The notes: generated by a model from the letters alone, not told the origin. DNA of 64,000 nucleotides from Anaeromyxobacteraceae bacterium (GCA_047602405.1 JASGHJ010000002.1:3360001-3424000), one strand, 5' to 3'; shown: positions 30,001-40,854, counted from the first letter of the stretch. Made by a program: numbers and translations.

Positions 30001-31276
30001 GTCGGCGCCCACGTCCCAGGCGAAGACGTGGAGCGTGGCCGTCGTCGCGTCGGCGTCGGTCGCGAGCCCGTGCCGGCCGGAGTGCTGCGGCGACGGATAG
30101 GCCGTCGCGGCGCGCCAGGTGGCCGCCCCGGCGCGGCGCCACTCCACCTCCACGTCGACCGGATCCCGCTGGCGATCGACGACCTGGTACTCCACGAACG
30201 CGAGCCCGGACGCCGCGCCGTTCTCGCCGCCGTACAGGGTCACGCTGCCCACGACGGGCGGGGACTGGTTCACGACGTCGACGGTCGCCTGCGCCCACGG
30301 GCCGTACACCGGCGCGCCCGGGAGCGCGTGGTCGACCGCGCGCGCGCGCACGAGGACGCCCGCCGCGTTGGTGAGCCCGACGCCGCCCGGCGTCGCCGCG
30401 GTGCCGAGCGCCGCGTCGGTGTGCCAGACCACGAGGCTCGGCTGCGCCGCGTCGAGCGTCGCCGCCGAGACGAGGTCGGTCACCGCGCCCTGCAGCGCCG
30501 GCAGGCGCCAGGCGTCGGCCGGATCGGAGGCGAGCCGGAACTGGACCTCCACGTCCACGAGGTCGGCCGCGGCGTCCACCGCGCGGAGCGTCACCGGCAC
30601 GGCGAGCGAGACCGTGGGCCCGGCGATCTCGAGGGCGGCCACCGGGGCCTGGTCCCCGACCGCGAACGGCTCGCCGAGCGCGGGAGCGCTCGACTGGGCG
30701 GGCGTGCCGTCGTCGGTGGCGACGACGCGCAGGCGGACGCCGGCCGTGTACGCCACGATCGTGGCGGGCGTGCCGTCGCCGGTGCGGTCGAGCTGGACCA
30801 CCGCCAGGCTGCACGCGGCGGACTGCGTGCCGCCCGCGGTGGAGTCGGCGAGCAGGTCCCAGGTGAGCGTGTGGGGGGCGCCCGCGGCGGTCGCCGCGAG
30901 CCCCTTCGGCTCCGCGGTGAGCGTCGCCGGGCAGAACGTCACGCCGTCGAGCGTGTAGGAGACCGCGAGGTCGACGTGGCTCTGGCCGGCGGGCGCGCCG
31001 TCCGCGTCGGAGACCACCACCTCGAAGTCGAGCGCGGTCGCCGCGCGCGTCGCCGTCGCCACCGCGCGCACCGTGGTCACCGGCACGGAGTTCGTGTCGC
31101 CGCCCTGGCAGCGGTTGCGGTTCGTGTTGCAGCGCCAGCCGGAGGGGCAGTCGGCGTCGCTCGCGCAGGCGAGCTGCGCGCCTTCGGGCAGATCGAGCCC
31201 CACGCTGCCAGCCGGCGGTCGCGACCACCAGGGCCAGGCCGAGGACGGGGAGCGGGTTCGCCGGTCGCTTCGCCAT
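27001..31276 (-). CDS. Large FG-GAP/VCBS repeat lipoprotein with N-terminal Cys knot; apparent frameshift near 31210
   Basis: MAKRPANPLPVLGLALVVATAG joins SVGLDLPEG...CASDADCPSGWRC if one G is removed, restoring a lipobox Cys; many GDxDGDGxxDL repeats. Confidence 0.8.
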
Positions 31277-31443
31277 GCGGTGCACCTCCGGGGTCACCGC
31301 CAGACTAGCCCAGGGTCCGGGGATCCCACCGTGCGCGGCGTCACGGAGCAGCGGCCCGACGCCCCTGGCGGGCGTCGCCGGGTCCCGCGATCTCGGGACC
31401 GGTCCGCCCCCGGGCCCGGCCGCGGGCGTGGTAAGCACGGGCC

Positions 31444-32631
31444 ATGTCCCGCCGCGACGAGCTCGTCGTCTTCCTCGGCCCGTCCCTCCCCGCCCCGGTC
31501 GCGGAGCGCCTCGCCCCGTGCACCGTGCTGCCGCCCGCGCGGGCGGGCGACGTGGTCGCCGCGCTCGCGGCCCGGCCGCTCGCCATCGCGCTCGTCGACG
31601 GCTACTTCGAGACGGTGCCCTCGGTCTGGCACCACGAGCTCCTCGAGGCGCTCGAGGCCGGCGTCGCGGTGTTCGGCGGCGCGAGCCTCGGGGCGCTGCG
31701 CGCGGCGGAGCTCGAGCGCCACGGCATGGTGGGCGTCGGGCGCATCTTCCGCTGGGTGAAGTCGGGCGTGGTGGAGGACGACGCCGAGGTGGCGCTCCTC
31801 CACGCCCCGGCCGAGTGGGGCTTCCGGCCGATGACCCTGCCGCTCGTGAACGTGCGCGCGGCCGCCGAGGACGCGCGGACCGCGGGGGCGCTGAAGCCAG
31901 CCGAGGGGCGCGCGCTCGTGGCGGCCGCCGAGGGCATCCACTTCACCGAGCGCACCTGGCCCGGCGTGATCGAGCGGGCGGGGCTGCGCGAGGCCGCGCG
32001 CGAGCGGCTCCTCGCGTTCCTGCCGGAGGCCCCCGACCCGAAGGCGGAGGACGCGAAGGCGACCGTGCGCGCGGCGGCCGAGTACGTGAAGGCTCGCCGC
32101 GCGGGCGCCCCCGGCCTCGAGGGGCCGCGGCGCCGGCCCTCGACGCACCTGAGGCGCCTCAAGCTCGACCGCTCGACGGCGGTGGTGCAGGGCGGCGCCG
32201 GGGTCGCGGCGCGCGACGTGCTCGACGCCCTCGCGGTGCGGCCAGACGCGGGCCGCCTCGCCGCGGACGGCGTGCGCCGGGCCCTCGTCGTCGCGCTCGC
32301 GCGCTCGGCGGGGCTCGAGCCAGGGCCCGGCGAGGCCGACGCGGCGCTCGACGCGTGGCTCGGGGGGCTGGGCCTGAGGCCCGGGGCGCGTGAGGCGTTC
32401 CTCGCGACGTCCGCGCTCGACGCCGCCGACGTGCGGCGGCTCGCCGAGGACCTCGCGCTCGAGGCGGCGGTGCTCGCGGACGCCGCGCGGTTCACGCCGG
32501 ACGGGCCGGGCTGGCGCGAGGGGCTCGCGCTCGCGGCGCGCCTGTCGGGCGCCTTCGCGGAGACCGCCGCGCGGCTCGGGAAGGCGCCGCGCGCGCCCGC
32601 CGGGAAGCGGGCCCGCGGGCGGCGCCGTTAG
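31444..32631 (+). CDS. tfuA: TfuA-like protein with C-terminal extension
   Basis: FLGPSL, PPARAGDV, LVDGYFETVPSVWHHEL, GGASLGALRAAEL, EDDAEVALLH, PLVNVR. Confidence 0.92.
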   Translation: MSRRDELVVFLGPSLPAPVAERLAPCTVLPPARAGDVVAALAARPLAIALVDGYFETVPSVWHHELLEALEAGVAVFGGASLGALRAAELERHGMVGVGRIFRWVKSGVVEDDAEVALLHAPAEWGFRPMTLPLVNVRAAAEDARTAGALKPAEGRALVAAAEGIHFTERTWPGVIERAGLREAARERLLAFLPEAPDPKAEDAKATVRAAAEYVKARRAGAPGLEGPRRRPSTHLRRLKLDRSTAVVQGGAGVAARDVLDALAVRPDAGRLAADGVRRALVVALARSAGLEPGPGEADAALDAWLGGLGLRPGAREAFLATSALDAADVRRLAEDLALEAAVLADAARFTPDGPGWREGLALAARLSGAFAETAARLGKAPRAPAGKRARGRRR

Positions 32632-33999
32632 GAGACGGCCCGCACGATGCGCGGCTGGAGGGCCGGCGGGGTGCCGCCGCCCTTCCGCGCGAGGGTGCGC
32701 AGGTAGCTGCGCGGGTGGCGCGCGAAGGAGGTGAGCTCGAGGAGCCGCTCCAGGGCGACCGGCGACGGGTCGTCCGGGGTGCGGGACGGGTCGGTGACGG
32801 CCTCGCCCTGCGCCTCGATCCAGGCGTTCCAGCGGCGGCGCTCCTCGCGCGTCATGCCGCCGCTCAGGCGCTGCCCCCGACATCAGGATCTTCACCGACA
32901 TGCGGTGGATGTAGACGCGATCGGAGTGCGGCTTCGTGGCGGCCACCTGCGCGACCCGGCGCAGCTCGTCGACCTGGCCGGTCGCGCCGAGGTACGCCAT
33001 CCACGGCAGCGGCAGCCCGCGCTCCACCTCGTAGGCGATGTGGTTGTAGACGCGCGGGTTGAAGTCGATGAAGAGCTTGCGGCCCTCGCTCTCGGCGAAC
33101 TCGGCGTCGAACATGCCGTGGAAGCCGGTCGAGAGGCAGAGCTTGCGCAGGCCCTCGTGGATCTCCGCCGGCACGGGCGCGCCGGTGAAGATGATGCCGG
33201 GCCCGTTGCCGCGCGGGCGCTGCAGGATCTTCACGCAGCCCATGGTGACGAAGATCTCGCCGGTCGGGTCGCAGAACCCGTCGACGGTGTAGATGCGCTC
33301 GGTGGCCCCCGCGTACGACTGGATCATCGGGAACTCGAGGCCCTCGACGACCCCGCGCGCCTCGGGCGAGACGACCGCGGTCGCCATCCAGTGCCGCCAC
33401 CGCCGGCGGAGGTCGTCGGCGTCGGGCACCCGCGCGCCCTTCTTCTCGTCCACCTGGATGAACTGGCTGCGCCCCTTCATGAAGACCGGGAAGCGGAGCG
33501 CCGGGATGAGCTGCTCGAGCTCGGCCTCGCTCCGCGGGCAGAAGGTGTCGGGCATGTCGAGCCCGGCCGGCTTCGCGTGCGTCGCCATCCCGTACTTGTC
33601 GAGGATCCGCGCGAGGGCGGCGAGCGGCGGCGAGTAGAGGGCGAAGTGCTGCGAGAGCTCGTCGCGGCGGCTGGAGGCCACCCAGGCGGCGTCGTCGCTC
33701 GTCGGGTAGTAGACGTGGCCCGGCTCGCGCGCGCCGAACGCGGCGAGCCAGTCACCGAAGCGCGACTGCTCGCGGGTGGGCGGGCAGGCGACGTTGCGCG
33801 CGACCGCCCGCGACCAGCGCGCCGGCGCGAAGCGGGTGTCGCTCGCGAGCACGACCGGCACGCCTCGCCCCGCCACGTCGCGGGCCGAGGCCAGCGTGCC
33901 GTACCAGCTCGCGTCCGTCAGGAGGAACGGACGGGCCGTCTGGGCCTGCGGGGAGGACGACTGGGCGAGGTCGAGGACGGCGCCCGAGACGATCGGCAT
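32628..33999 (-). CDS. ATP-grasp ligase (D-aspartate ligase/carboxylate-amine ligase-like); apparent frameshift in a G-run near 32876
   Basis: YPTSDD, ILDK, FPVFMKG, GFHGMFDAEF...FIDFNPR; C-terminus continues in ORF 32628-32855; start uncertain. Confidence 0.75.
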
Positions 34000-34092
34000 G
34001 ATGCAAGGAGGTAACACGACCGACGCCGGACAAGACGTCGCGCCCCCTCGGGACAGCGCACCGCACGGTGAGTGCGTGTGGGATACCGTCGT

Positions 34093-35826
34093 TCAGGGAC
34101 GGCGCACCGCGGGATTCGCCTTGAAACGCCGCGTGACCCCCTTCAGGCGCGACAGACCGCCACGCCCGAAGACCCCACGCACGAGCCCCTTCGCCACGCC
34201 CTTCGCGCGGTTCTTCCAGACCTCGGCGGGATCCCCGAGCACGACCTCGACGAGGTTCACGCCCTCCGCCGCGAGCGCGGTGCGGAGCCCCTCGGTGACG
34301 TCCTCCCCGACGCGCAGGTAGCCCGCGCCCATGCCGAGGGCCATCGCCTCGAAGTCCGGGTTGAGGAGGTTCACGGCGACCTCCTTCCCGTAGGTGGCGA
34401 GCTGCTGCATCCGGATGCGGTTGAGCTGGCGGTCGGCGAGCACGATCACGGTGAGGCGCAGCCGCTCGCGGACCGCGGTGAGCAGCTCGAGGCCGGTCAT
34501 CGCGAACCCGCCGTCCCCGATGACCGCCACGACCGGCCGGTCCGGGGCGGCGAGGCACGCGCCGATGGCGGCCGGCAGGCCGAACGCCATCGACTGGAAG
34601 TCGCTCGGCACGATGAGCCCGCGGGGCGAGAGCACCGGCGTGTGGCGCCGGAGCATGGTCTGGTGGAGGCCGGAGTCGGCGACGAGGATCGCCTCGCGCG
34701 GGAGCACCGCCCGGAGCGCGCCGAAGAACCGGGCGGCGGTCGAGGGCTCGCACTCGGTGAACCTCGGCTCCTCCGGGAACGCGCCCGGGCCGGCGAGCCG
34801 GGCCCGGAGCGCGGCGACCTCGGCCTCGGAGAAGCCCGGCGCGGGCGCCGGCGGCAAGGCGGCGAGGAGCGCGGGCAGCGCGTCCTCGGCGCGGGCGGCG
34901 AGCGCGTGGCGGGCCGGATAGTTCGCGGCGAGCACCTCGGCGGAGGCGTCGATGCGCGCGAGGCGCTCCTCCGGGAGCTTCAGCCGGAACATGCTCGTCC
35001 CGGCCTCGCAGAGCTTCGCGCCCACGACGAGCACGCAGCCCGCGCCGGCGAGGAGCGCGTTCACCGCGTCCATGCCGCCGCGGACCGGCTCGAAGCCGAG
35101 GGCGAGCGGGTGGTCCTCGGGGAGGACGCCGCGGCCGGAGGTGGAGGTGAGGACGGGCGCGTCGAGCCGCTCGGCGAGGCGCGCGAGGTCGGCGGCGGCG
35201 CCCGCGGCGCCCTGCCCGGCGTAGATGACGGTGCGGCCGGCCGCGGCGAGCGCGGCGATGGCCGCGACGGCGGCGGGATCGGGCGGCGCGGCCGGCGCGG
35301 GCGCCGGGGCGGGGGCGCTCCCCGCCGCGCCCTCGAGCGCCTCCTCCGTCCACGACAGCACCACCGGCCCCGGCTCGCCGCCCGCGGCGAGGTCGAAGGC
35401 CCGCGCGGTCGCGGCGGCCACGTCCCCGGCACGCGTGGCCTCGACGACGCCCTTCACGATGGGCGCGGCCATCGCGCGCTGGTCGACCGACTGGAACCGG
35501 TGCGGCCGCGTGGCCGGCGGCGGCGAGCCCACGAGGTGGAGGTAGCCGGCGGAGTCGTGCGCGGCCTCGGCCACGCCGGTGAGCGCGAACGTGAACCCGG
35601 GGCCCGGGATGGTGGCCACCGGCGCGATGCGGCCGCTCGCGCGGTGGTAGCCGTTCGCCATGAACGCGGCGGCGAGCTCGGTGGTGGTCAGGACCGGCGT
35701 GAGGCCGCTCGTGCGGACCGCCTCCCACAGCGCGAGGTTCTGCGTGCCCGGGATGCCGAGCACGTGGGTCACGCCGCGCGCACGCAGGACCTCGCAGAGC
35801 CGTTCCGCGCCGTTCGAGTCGCTCAT
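34093..35826 (-). CDS. Thiamine pyrophosphate-dependent enzyme (acetolactate synthase large subunit-like)
   Basis: GVTHVLGIPG, ELAAAFMANGYHR, PGPG, SMAFGLPAAIGA, GDGGFAMT. Confidence 0.9.
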   Translation of the reverse strand: MSDSNGAERLCEVLRARGVTHVLGIPGTQNLALWEAVRTSGLTPVLTTTELAAAFMANGYHRASGRIAPVATIPGPGFTFALTGVAEAAHDSAGYLHLVGSPPPATRPHRFQSVDQRAMAAPIVKGVVEATRAGDVAAATARAFDLAAGGEPGPVVLSWTEEALEGAAGSAPAPAPAPAAPPDPAAVAAIAALAAAGRTVIYAGQGAAGAAADLARLAERLDAPVLTSTSGRGVLPEDHPLALGFEPVRGGMDAVNALLAGAGCVLVVGAKLCEAGTSMFRLKLPEERLARIDASAEVLAANYPARHALAARAEDALPALLAALPPAPAPGFSEAEVAALRARLAGPGAFPEEPRFTECEPSTAARFFGALRAVLPREAILVADSGLHQTMLRRHTPVLSPRGLIVPSDFQSMAFGLPAAIGACLAAPDRPVVAVIGDGGFAMTGLELLTAVRERLRLTVIVLADRQLNRIRMQQLATYGKEVAVNLLNPDFEAMALGMGAGYLRVGEDVTEGLRTALAAEGVNLVEVVLGDPAEVWKNRAKGVAKGLVRGVFGRGGLSRLKGVTRRFKANPAVRRP

Positions 35827-35877
35827 GACCGACCCCTATAGCACCCGCGGCGGAGCCACGGGGCGTCCGGCCGGGGA

Positions 35878-36804
35878 TCAGGCTGTCGGGCTTCCGTGGG
35901 GCGGCGGCGTCTTCCACCGCTGGTGCATCCACACCCACTCGGTGGGGTGCCGGCGGATCGCGGCCTCCTGCACGGCCGCGCACGCGGCGGTCAGGCGCAG
36001 CACCTCGGCCTCGTGATCGGGAGCGTCGGCGTCGTACGGCACCTCCACGACCTCGAGCCGGTGCCCGCCCTCCGGCCGGCGGTGGCAGGTGAGCACGAGC
36101 ACGGCCGCGCCGAAGCGGAGCGCGAACTCGGCGGCGCCGCGCGGCGTGGCCGCGGGCCGGCCGAAGAACGGCACCCACACGTTCTGCACGCCGCCGATGT
36201 CCTGGTCGATGAGGAGCCCGAGCGTGCCCCCCTCCCGGAAGAGCCGCAGGATCTTCCGGCCGGTGTCGCGGTCGTCGCGCCAGAAGGTCTGCACGCCGGT
36301 GCGCGCGCGCGCCGCCTCGGCCCACGCGTCGAGGCGCGGGTGCCAGGAGCGCTTCGCGATGGCGGCGTTCGGCTGGACCTCGGGCGAGAGCCGGCAGGTG
36401 AGCTCCCAGTTCCCGATGTGGCCGAAGACGAGCACGATGCCCTTCCCTCGCGCCCGCGCGGCGCGCACGGCCTCGAGCGTCTCCGGCGCGATGGCCACGT
36501 AGCCGTCCAGGCGATCGAGCCACCGCGGCAGCGTCACGACCTCGGCCATGGTCCGGCCGAGGTTCACGAGGCTCGCGCGGGCGAGGGCGTCGCGCTCGGC
36601 CGCGGTGCGCTCCGGGAACGCGACGGCGAGGCTCGCGCGCATGTCGCGGCGGACGCCGGGCGAGGCCCACCACGCCGCGCGGCCCAGGGCGGCGCCGACC
36701 GCGAGGGCCACGGAGAGCGGGATCCGGGCGAGGATCCCGGCGAAGGCGACGATGACGGCGGCGCGGGCGGCCCGGCGCGCGCGCTTCCAGGGGGAGGCGG
36801 CCAC
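35878..36804 (-). CDS. Lipid A late acyltransferase (LpxL/HtrB family)
   Basis: [39 protein letters not shown]. Confidence 0.9.
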   Translation of the reverse strand: MAASPWKRARRAARAAVIVAFAGILARIPLSVALAVGAALGRAAWWASPGVRRDMRASLAVAFPERTAAERDALARASLVNLGRTMAEVVTLPRWLDRLDGYVAIAPETLEAVRAARARGKGIVLVFGHIGNWELTCRLSPEVQPNAAIAKRSWHPRLDAWAEAARARTGVQTFWRDDRDTGRKILRLFREGGTLGLLIDQDIGGVQNVWVPFFGRPAATPRGAAEFALRFGAAVLVLTCHRRPEGGHRLEVVEVPYDADAPDHEAEVLRLTAACAAVQEAAIRRHPTEWVWMHQRWKTPPPHGSPTA

Positions 36805-36953
36805 GGAGGTGCAGCCTACCTCGACACCCGGGCTTTGACTCCGATTCACGCACCGGCTATAGGTGCGCCTCCCCAGCCCACTTCAGGGCTGGCGAGGGGA
36901 CGCGGCGCCACTGCGGCGCGCCCCCGATCACCGCAAGAAACGAGTACATCAGC

Positions 36954-37157
36954 ATGGCGACCGGTTCCGTGAAGTGGTTCAACGACGCGAAGGGCTTCGG
37001 CTTCATCACGCAGGACGGCGGTGGCGAGGACGTGTTCTGCCACCACACGGCCATCCAGGCGCAGGGCTTCCGCACCCTCGCCGAGGGCCAGAAGGTCGAG
37101 TTCGAGGTGGTCCGCGGCCCGAAGGGCCTGCAGGCTGCCAACGTCCGCCCGGTCTGA
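36954..37157 (+). CDS. Cold-shock protein (CspA family)
   Basis: [15 protein letters not shown]...DVFCHHTAI...[10 protein letters not shown]. Confidence 0.97.
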   Translation: MATGSVKWFNDAKGFGFITQDGGGEDVFCHHTAIQAQGFRTLAEGQKVEFEVVRGPKGLQAANVRPV

Positions 37158-37206
37158 ACCACGGACCGCGAGCCGCCCGGCGCGAGCCGGCGCGGTCAGC
37201 ACCCGG

Positions 37207-37237
37207 AGCCCGGCCGATCGGCCGGGCTTCGTTCGTT
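37207..37237 (+). terminator. Probable intrinsic terminator of the csp gene
   Basis: AGCCCGGCC-GATC-GGCCGGGCT followed by TCGTTCGTT. Confidence 0.55.
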
Positions 37238-37263
37238 CAGGGCTCCGGCGTCCGCCCGACGGG

Positions 37264-37291
37264 CGCCCTTCGGCAGGCTCAGGGCGGACGG
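37264..37291 (+). repeat. REP-like palindrome (CCCTTCG...GCTCAGGG family)
   Basis: CGCCCTTCGGCAGGCTCAGGGCGGACGG. Confidence 0.7.
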
Positions 37292-37326
37292 ACAACCACG
37301 CAGGGCCGGGTTAGAACGGAAGCCCG

Positions 37327-38733
37327 ATGCCCGCGAGCGCCCTCGAGCTCTTCAAGATCGGGATCGGCCCCTCGTCCTCCCACACCGTCGGGCCGATGAA
37401 GGCCGCCCGCGGGTTCGCTCTCGCGCTCGAGGCCGCCGGCCTGCTCGACCGCGTCGCGGGCGTCCGGGCGGAGCTCCACGGCTCGCTCGGCGCCACGGGG
37501 CGCGGGCACGGCACCGACCGCGCGGTGATCCTCGGCCTCCTCGGCGAGACCCCCGAGGACGTCGACGTCGACGCCGTCCCCCGCCTCCTCGCCCGAGTCC
37601 GCGAGTCGCAAAGCCTGCCGCTCCTCGGCCGGCACGCCGTTCCGTTCGTGGCGGCCGAGCACCTCCAGTTCCTGCGCACCGCGCTCCCCTTCCACCCGAA
37701 CGGGATGCGCTTCGTGGCGCTCGACGCCGCCGGCACGGAGCTCGCCGCCCGCACCTCCTTCTCGGTGGGCGGCGGGTTCGTGGTCGCGGAGGGCGACCCG
37801 CGCGCCGGCGCCGCCGAGGCCCGCCCGGTCCCTTACCCCTTCGCGACCGGTGACGAGCTCCTCGTGCGCTGCCGCGCCGCCGGCCTCGGCCCCGCCGCGG
37901 TCGTGCTCGCGAACGAGGAGGCGCTCCGGCCCGGCGAGGACGTGCGGGCGAGCCTGCTCCGCATCTGGGCGGCGATGCAGGCGTGCGTCGACCGCGGCCT
38001 GAGGACCGAGGGCGTGCTGCCCGGCGGCCTCGCGGTGCCCAGGCGCGCGCCGGCGCTCCTGCGCTCGCTCACCGGGCGCGCGAGCGGGCTCATGGGCCCC
38101 GATCCGCTCGCGGCCATGGACTGGGTGAACCTCTGGGCGCTCGCCGTGAACGAGGAGAACGCCGCGGGCGGGCGCGTCGTGACCGCGCCGACGAACGGCG
38201 CCGCGGGCATCGTCCCGGCCGTGCTGCACTACTACCGGCGGCTCGTGCCGGACGCGGACGACGCGGGCGTGGTGCGGTTCCTCCTCACCGCCGCCGGCGT
38301 CGGCGGCCTCATCAAGGAGAACGCCTCCATCAGCGGCGCCGAGGTCGGCTGCCAGGGCGAGGTCGGCTCGGCGGCCTCGATGGCGGCCGCGGGCCTCGCC
38401 GAGGTGCTCGGCGGCACGCCCGAGCAGATCGAGAACGCCGCCGAGATCGCGATGGAGCACAGCCTCGGGCTCACCTGCGACCCGGTGGGCGGGCTCGTGC
38501 AGATCCCGTGCATCGAGCGGAACGCGATGGCCGCGGTCGGCGCCATCAACGCCGCGCGCATGGCGCTCCGCGGCGACGGCACGCACTTCGTCTCGCTCGA
38601 CCAGGTCGTGCGCACGATGCGCGAGACCGGCGCCGACATGAAGGCGAAGTACAAGGAGACCGCCCGGGGCGGCCTCGCCGTGAACGTGCTCGACGGGCCG
38701 CTGCGGATCGGGGTCAACCTCCCCGAGTGTTAG
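37327..38733 (+). CDS. sdaA: L-serine ammonia-lyase (Fe-S dependent)
   Basis: [72 protein letters not shown]. Confidence 0.97.
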   Translation: MPASALELFKIGIGPSSSHTVGPMKAARGFALALEAAGLLDRVAGVRAELHGSLGATGRGHGTDRAVILGLLGETPEDVDVDAVPRLLARVRESQSLPLLGRHAVPFVAAEHLQFLRTALPFHPNGMRFVALDAAGTELAARTSFSVGGGFVVAEGDPRAGAAEARPVPYPFATGDELLVRCRAAGLGPAAVVLANEEALRPGEDVRASLLRIWAAMQACVDRGLRTEGVLPGGLAVPRRAPALLRSLTGRASGLMGPDPLAAMDWVNLWALAVNEENAAGGRVVTAPTNGAAGIVPAVLHYYRRLVPDADDAGVVRFLLTAAGVGGLIKENASISGAEVGCQGEVGSAASMAAAGLAEVLGGTPEQIENAAEIAMEHSLGLTCDPVGGLVQIPCIERNAMAAVGAINAARMALRGDGTHFVSLDQVVRTMRETGADMKAKYKETARGGLAVNVLDGPLRIGVNLPEC

Positions 38734-38744
38734 CCGTGTATCTG

Positions 38745-38845
38745 GGGGGCCGTAGGCCCCCCTCCCGTGAGCAGAGCTCACGGGGCCCCTCCCCTGGATC
38801 AGCTCCGCCTGGCCGCAGCCTTCGGCTGCGGCGTAGGCTTCGCTG
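38745..38845. repeat. Multi-hairpin intergenic element between convergent genes
   Basis: GGGGGCC-GTA-GGCCCCC, CCGTGAGC-AGA-GCTCACGG, CCGCAGCC-TTC-GGCTGCGG. Confidence 0.55.
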
Positions 38846-38854
38846 GGAAGCCGC

Positions 38855-39310
38855 TCAACTGTCCTTGAGCTGCGACGGCGTCAGCCACCGCGCCTGCGCA
38901 AAGCCGCCGACCCACTGCGCCTCGGTCGGCTCGACCTTCCAGAGGCGGAAGTCGAGCTCGAGGAGCTGCGCGGCGGCCGGGTGGCGGGCGAGGTAGCGGT
39001 CCTTCGCGACCGCCGCCTCCGCCGCGGGCAGGCGGCGGGCCCGGCCGTAGATCGCGAGCCGGGGCGTGGCGCGGACGTCCTCGCCCGGCGCGTCGGCGAC
39101 GAAGAAGCAGACCCGGTCGTCGGCGTCGAGGTTCCGCGTGTGCTCGGCGATGTCGGAGAGGAGCACGAGCGGCGAGCCGTCCGTGTCGAGCGCGTAGGGC
39201 ACGAACGAGGCGGCCGGCCAGCCTTCGTGGCGGCGAGAGAGCGAGGTCAGGGTGGCGGCGGGCGCGTGCGCGAGGAGCGCCGCGGGCCCGCCCGGGGTCG
39301 GAGTGGCCAT
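38855..39310 (-). CDS. Pyridoxamine 5'-phosphate oxidase-like (HugZ/HutZ-type split barrel) protein
   Basis: GWPAASFVPY, LLSDIAEHTRNL, RYLARHP, DF...WVGGFAQARW. Confidence 0.85.
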   Translation of the reverse strand: MATPTPGGPAALLAHAPAATLTSLSRRHEGWPAASFVPYALDTDGSPLVLLSDIAEHTRNLDADDRVCFFVADAPGEDVRATPRLAIYGRARRLPAAEAAVAKDRYLARHPAAAQLLELDFRLWKVEPTEAQWVGGFAQARWLTPSQLKDS

Positions 39311-39411
39311 GTCCCGATCATCGCGCGGGCCGGGCCGCGGTGCGCGGAAATCGGGGGGCCCCGCCGGCGGGGGTCGGGACGCGCCCGGGGCATCCGGTTA
39401 GAGACCCGACC

Positions 39412-40032
39412 GTGCTCCGGAACAAGCTCGCCTCCCTGCTCGGCCTCGCGCCGGTCGGCGTCTGGACGGTCTGGCACCTGTGGAACAACCTGCAGGCCTG
39501 GCGCGGCGGCGAGGCCTGGCAGGCGGCGGTGACCGCGCACCCGAGCCCCGCGCTGCAATTCGCAACCTACGCCATGGTGCTCGTCCCGCTCGCCATCCAC
39601 GCGCTCTGGGGCGCCTGGCGCGTGCCGTCCACGCGGCTCGCCGCCGCCACGGGCGCGTTCGCGAACGTCCGGCACGTCCTCCACCGGCTCGCCGGCCTGG
39701 GCGTGCTCGCGTTCCTCGGCGCGCACCTGTGGCTCGCGCTCCTGCGCCCGCGGCTCGTCGCGGGCGGCCCGGAGCGGTTCGAGGACATCGCCCGGGAGAT
39801 GCGCTTCCACGGGCCGACGCTCGTCGTCTACGTGCTCGGCGTGCTCGGCACGGCGTACCACCTCGCGAACGGCGTGCAGGCGGTCGCGGTGGCGTGGCTG
39901 CCGGCGCGCTTCAGCGGCGGCGGCACGATGAACCGCCTCTCGCCGCTCGCCGCGGCGGTCTTCGCGGCGGCGCTCCTCCTCGGCTGGGGCGCCGTCGCCG
40001 CGCTGTGGCACGCGGGCGGACTGGCGGGCTGA
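39412..40032 (+). CDS. Succinate dehydrogenase cytochrome b558-like membrane subunit (orphan)
   Basis: ASLLGLAPVG..HL..N, PLAIHALWG, LHRLAG...FLGAHL, YHLANG: five TM helices with heme-type His residues. Confidence 0.75.
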   Translation: MLRNKLASLLGLAPVGVWTVWHLWNNLQAWRGGEAWQAAVTAHPSPALQFATYAMVLVPLAIHALWGAWRVPSTRLAAATGAFANVRHVLHRLAGLGVLAFLGAHLWLALLRPRLVAGGPERFEDIAREMRFHGPTLVVYVLGVLGTAYHLANGVQAVAVAWLPARFSGGGTMNRLSPLAAAVFAAALLLGWGAVAALWHAGGLAG

Positions 40033-40057
40033 GCCGGGGCCGGGCCAAGATGGCGGC

Positions 40058-40813
40058 ATGACGACCGCCTCCTGGAAGACGGCCCTCCTCACCCCGGTGC
40101 AGGTGGTGCTCACGCTCCTGCTCTTCGCGGAGGTGATCCTGGTGTGCGGCGTCGCGCTCGCGCCGGGGGTCGCGCTCCTCGGGTGGGCGGCCGACCGGCT
40201 CCCGGCGGAGGGGCTCCCCCGCGCGGTGGGGCTCGGGGTGGCCGGCGCCGCCGGCTACTTCGCCTTCGGGCTGTCGCTCCTCTTTCTCCTGCCGGTGGTG
40301 CGCTGGCTCACCTTCGCGACCGGCACGCCGGTCGGGCGCTTCCCGTTCCTGTCGATGGGGGCGTGGCGGTGGGCGAGCTACAACGCGCTCACGCTCGTGT
40401 TCCGGTTCGCCTTCGTCAACTGGGTGCGGGTGACGCCGTTCCTGCCGCTCTACCACCGGCTCATGGGCGCGAGGATCGGCAAGCGCGTGCAGATCAACAC
40501 CGCGGTCATGGCCGACCAGAACCTCGTCGAGATCGGCGACGACTCGGTCATCGGCGGGGACGTCACGCTCGTCTGCCACGCCGCGGAGCGCGGGAAGCTC
40601 GTCACCGCGCCGGTGAAGATCGGCAGGAACGTCACCGTGGGGCTCATGGCGGTGATCTTCCCGGGCTGCACCATCGGCGACGGCGCGGTGATCGCCGCGG
40701 GGGCGGTGCTGTCGAAGGGCGCCAAGGTCGGCGCGGGCGAGGTCTGGGCCGGCGTGCCGGCGCGGCGGGTGGGCGGGAAGAGGAAGGCTCCCACTCACGA
40801 CGAGCCGGCGTAG
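40058..40813 (+). CDS. Membrane-anchored hexapeptide-repeat acyltransferase
   Basis: Two N-terminal TM segments; LMGARIGKRV, EIGDDSVIG, VKIGRNVTVG, IGDGAVIAAGAV, WAGVPAR. Confidence 0.85.
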   Translation: MTTASWKTALLTPVQVVLTLLLFAEVILVCGVALAPGVALLGWAADRLPAEGLPRAVGLGVAGAAGYFAFGLSLLFLLPVVRWLTFATGTPVGRFPFLSMGAWRWASYNALTLVFRFAFVNWVRVTPFLPLYHRLMGARIGKRVQINTAVMADQNLVEIGDDSVIGGDVTLVCHAAERGKLVTAPVKIGRNVTVGLMAVIFPGCTIGDGAVIAAGAVLSKGAKVGAGEVWAGVPARRVGGKRKAPTHDEPA

Positions 40814-40854
40814 GCGTCCGGAGTACGCTGACGCCACGCACATTTCCGTTCCCT

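Noticed and set aside
26086..31438. Very long alternative-frame ORFs (e.g. 26086-31308, 26198-31438, 9468-12377, 1918-4410)
   Set aside because: Arg/Gly/Ala/Pro-rich shadow ORFs expected at very high GC, overlapping well-supported genes.
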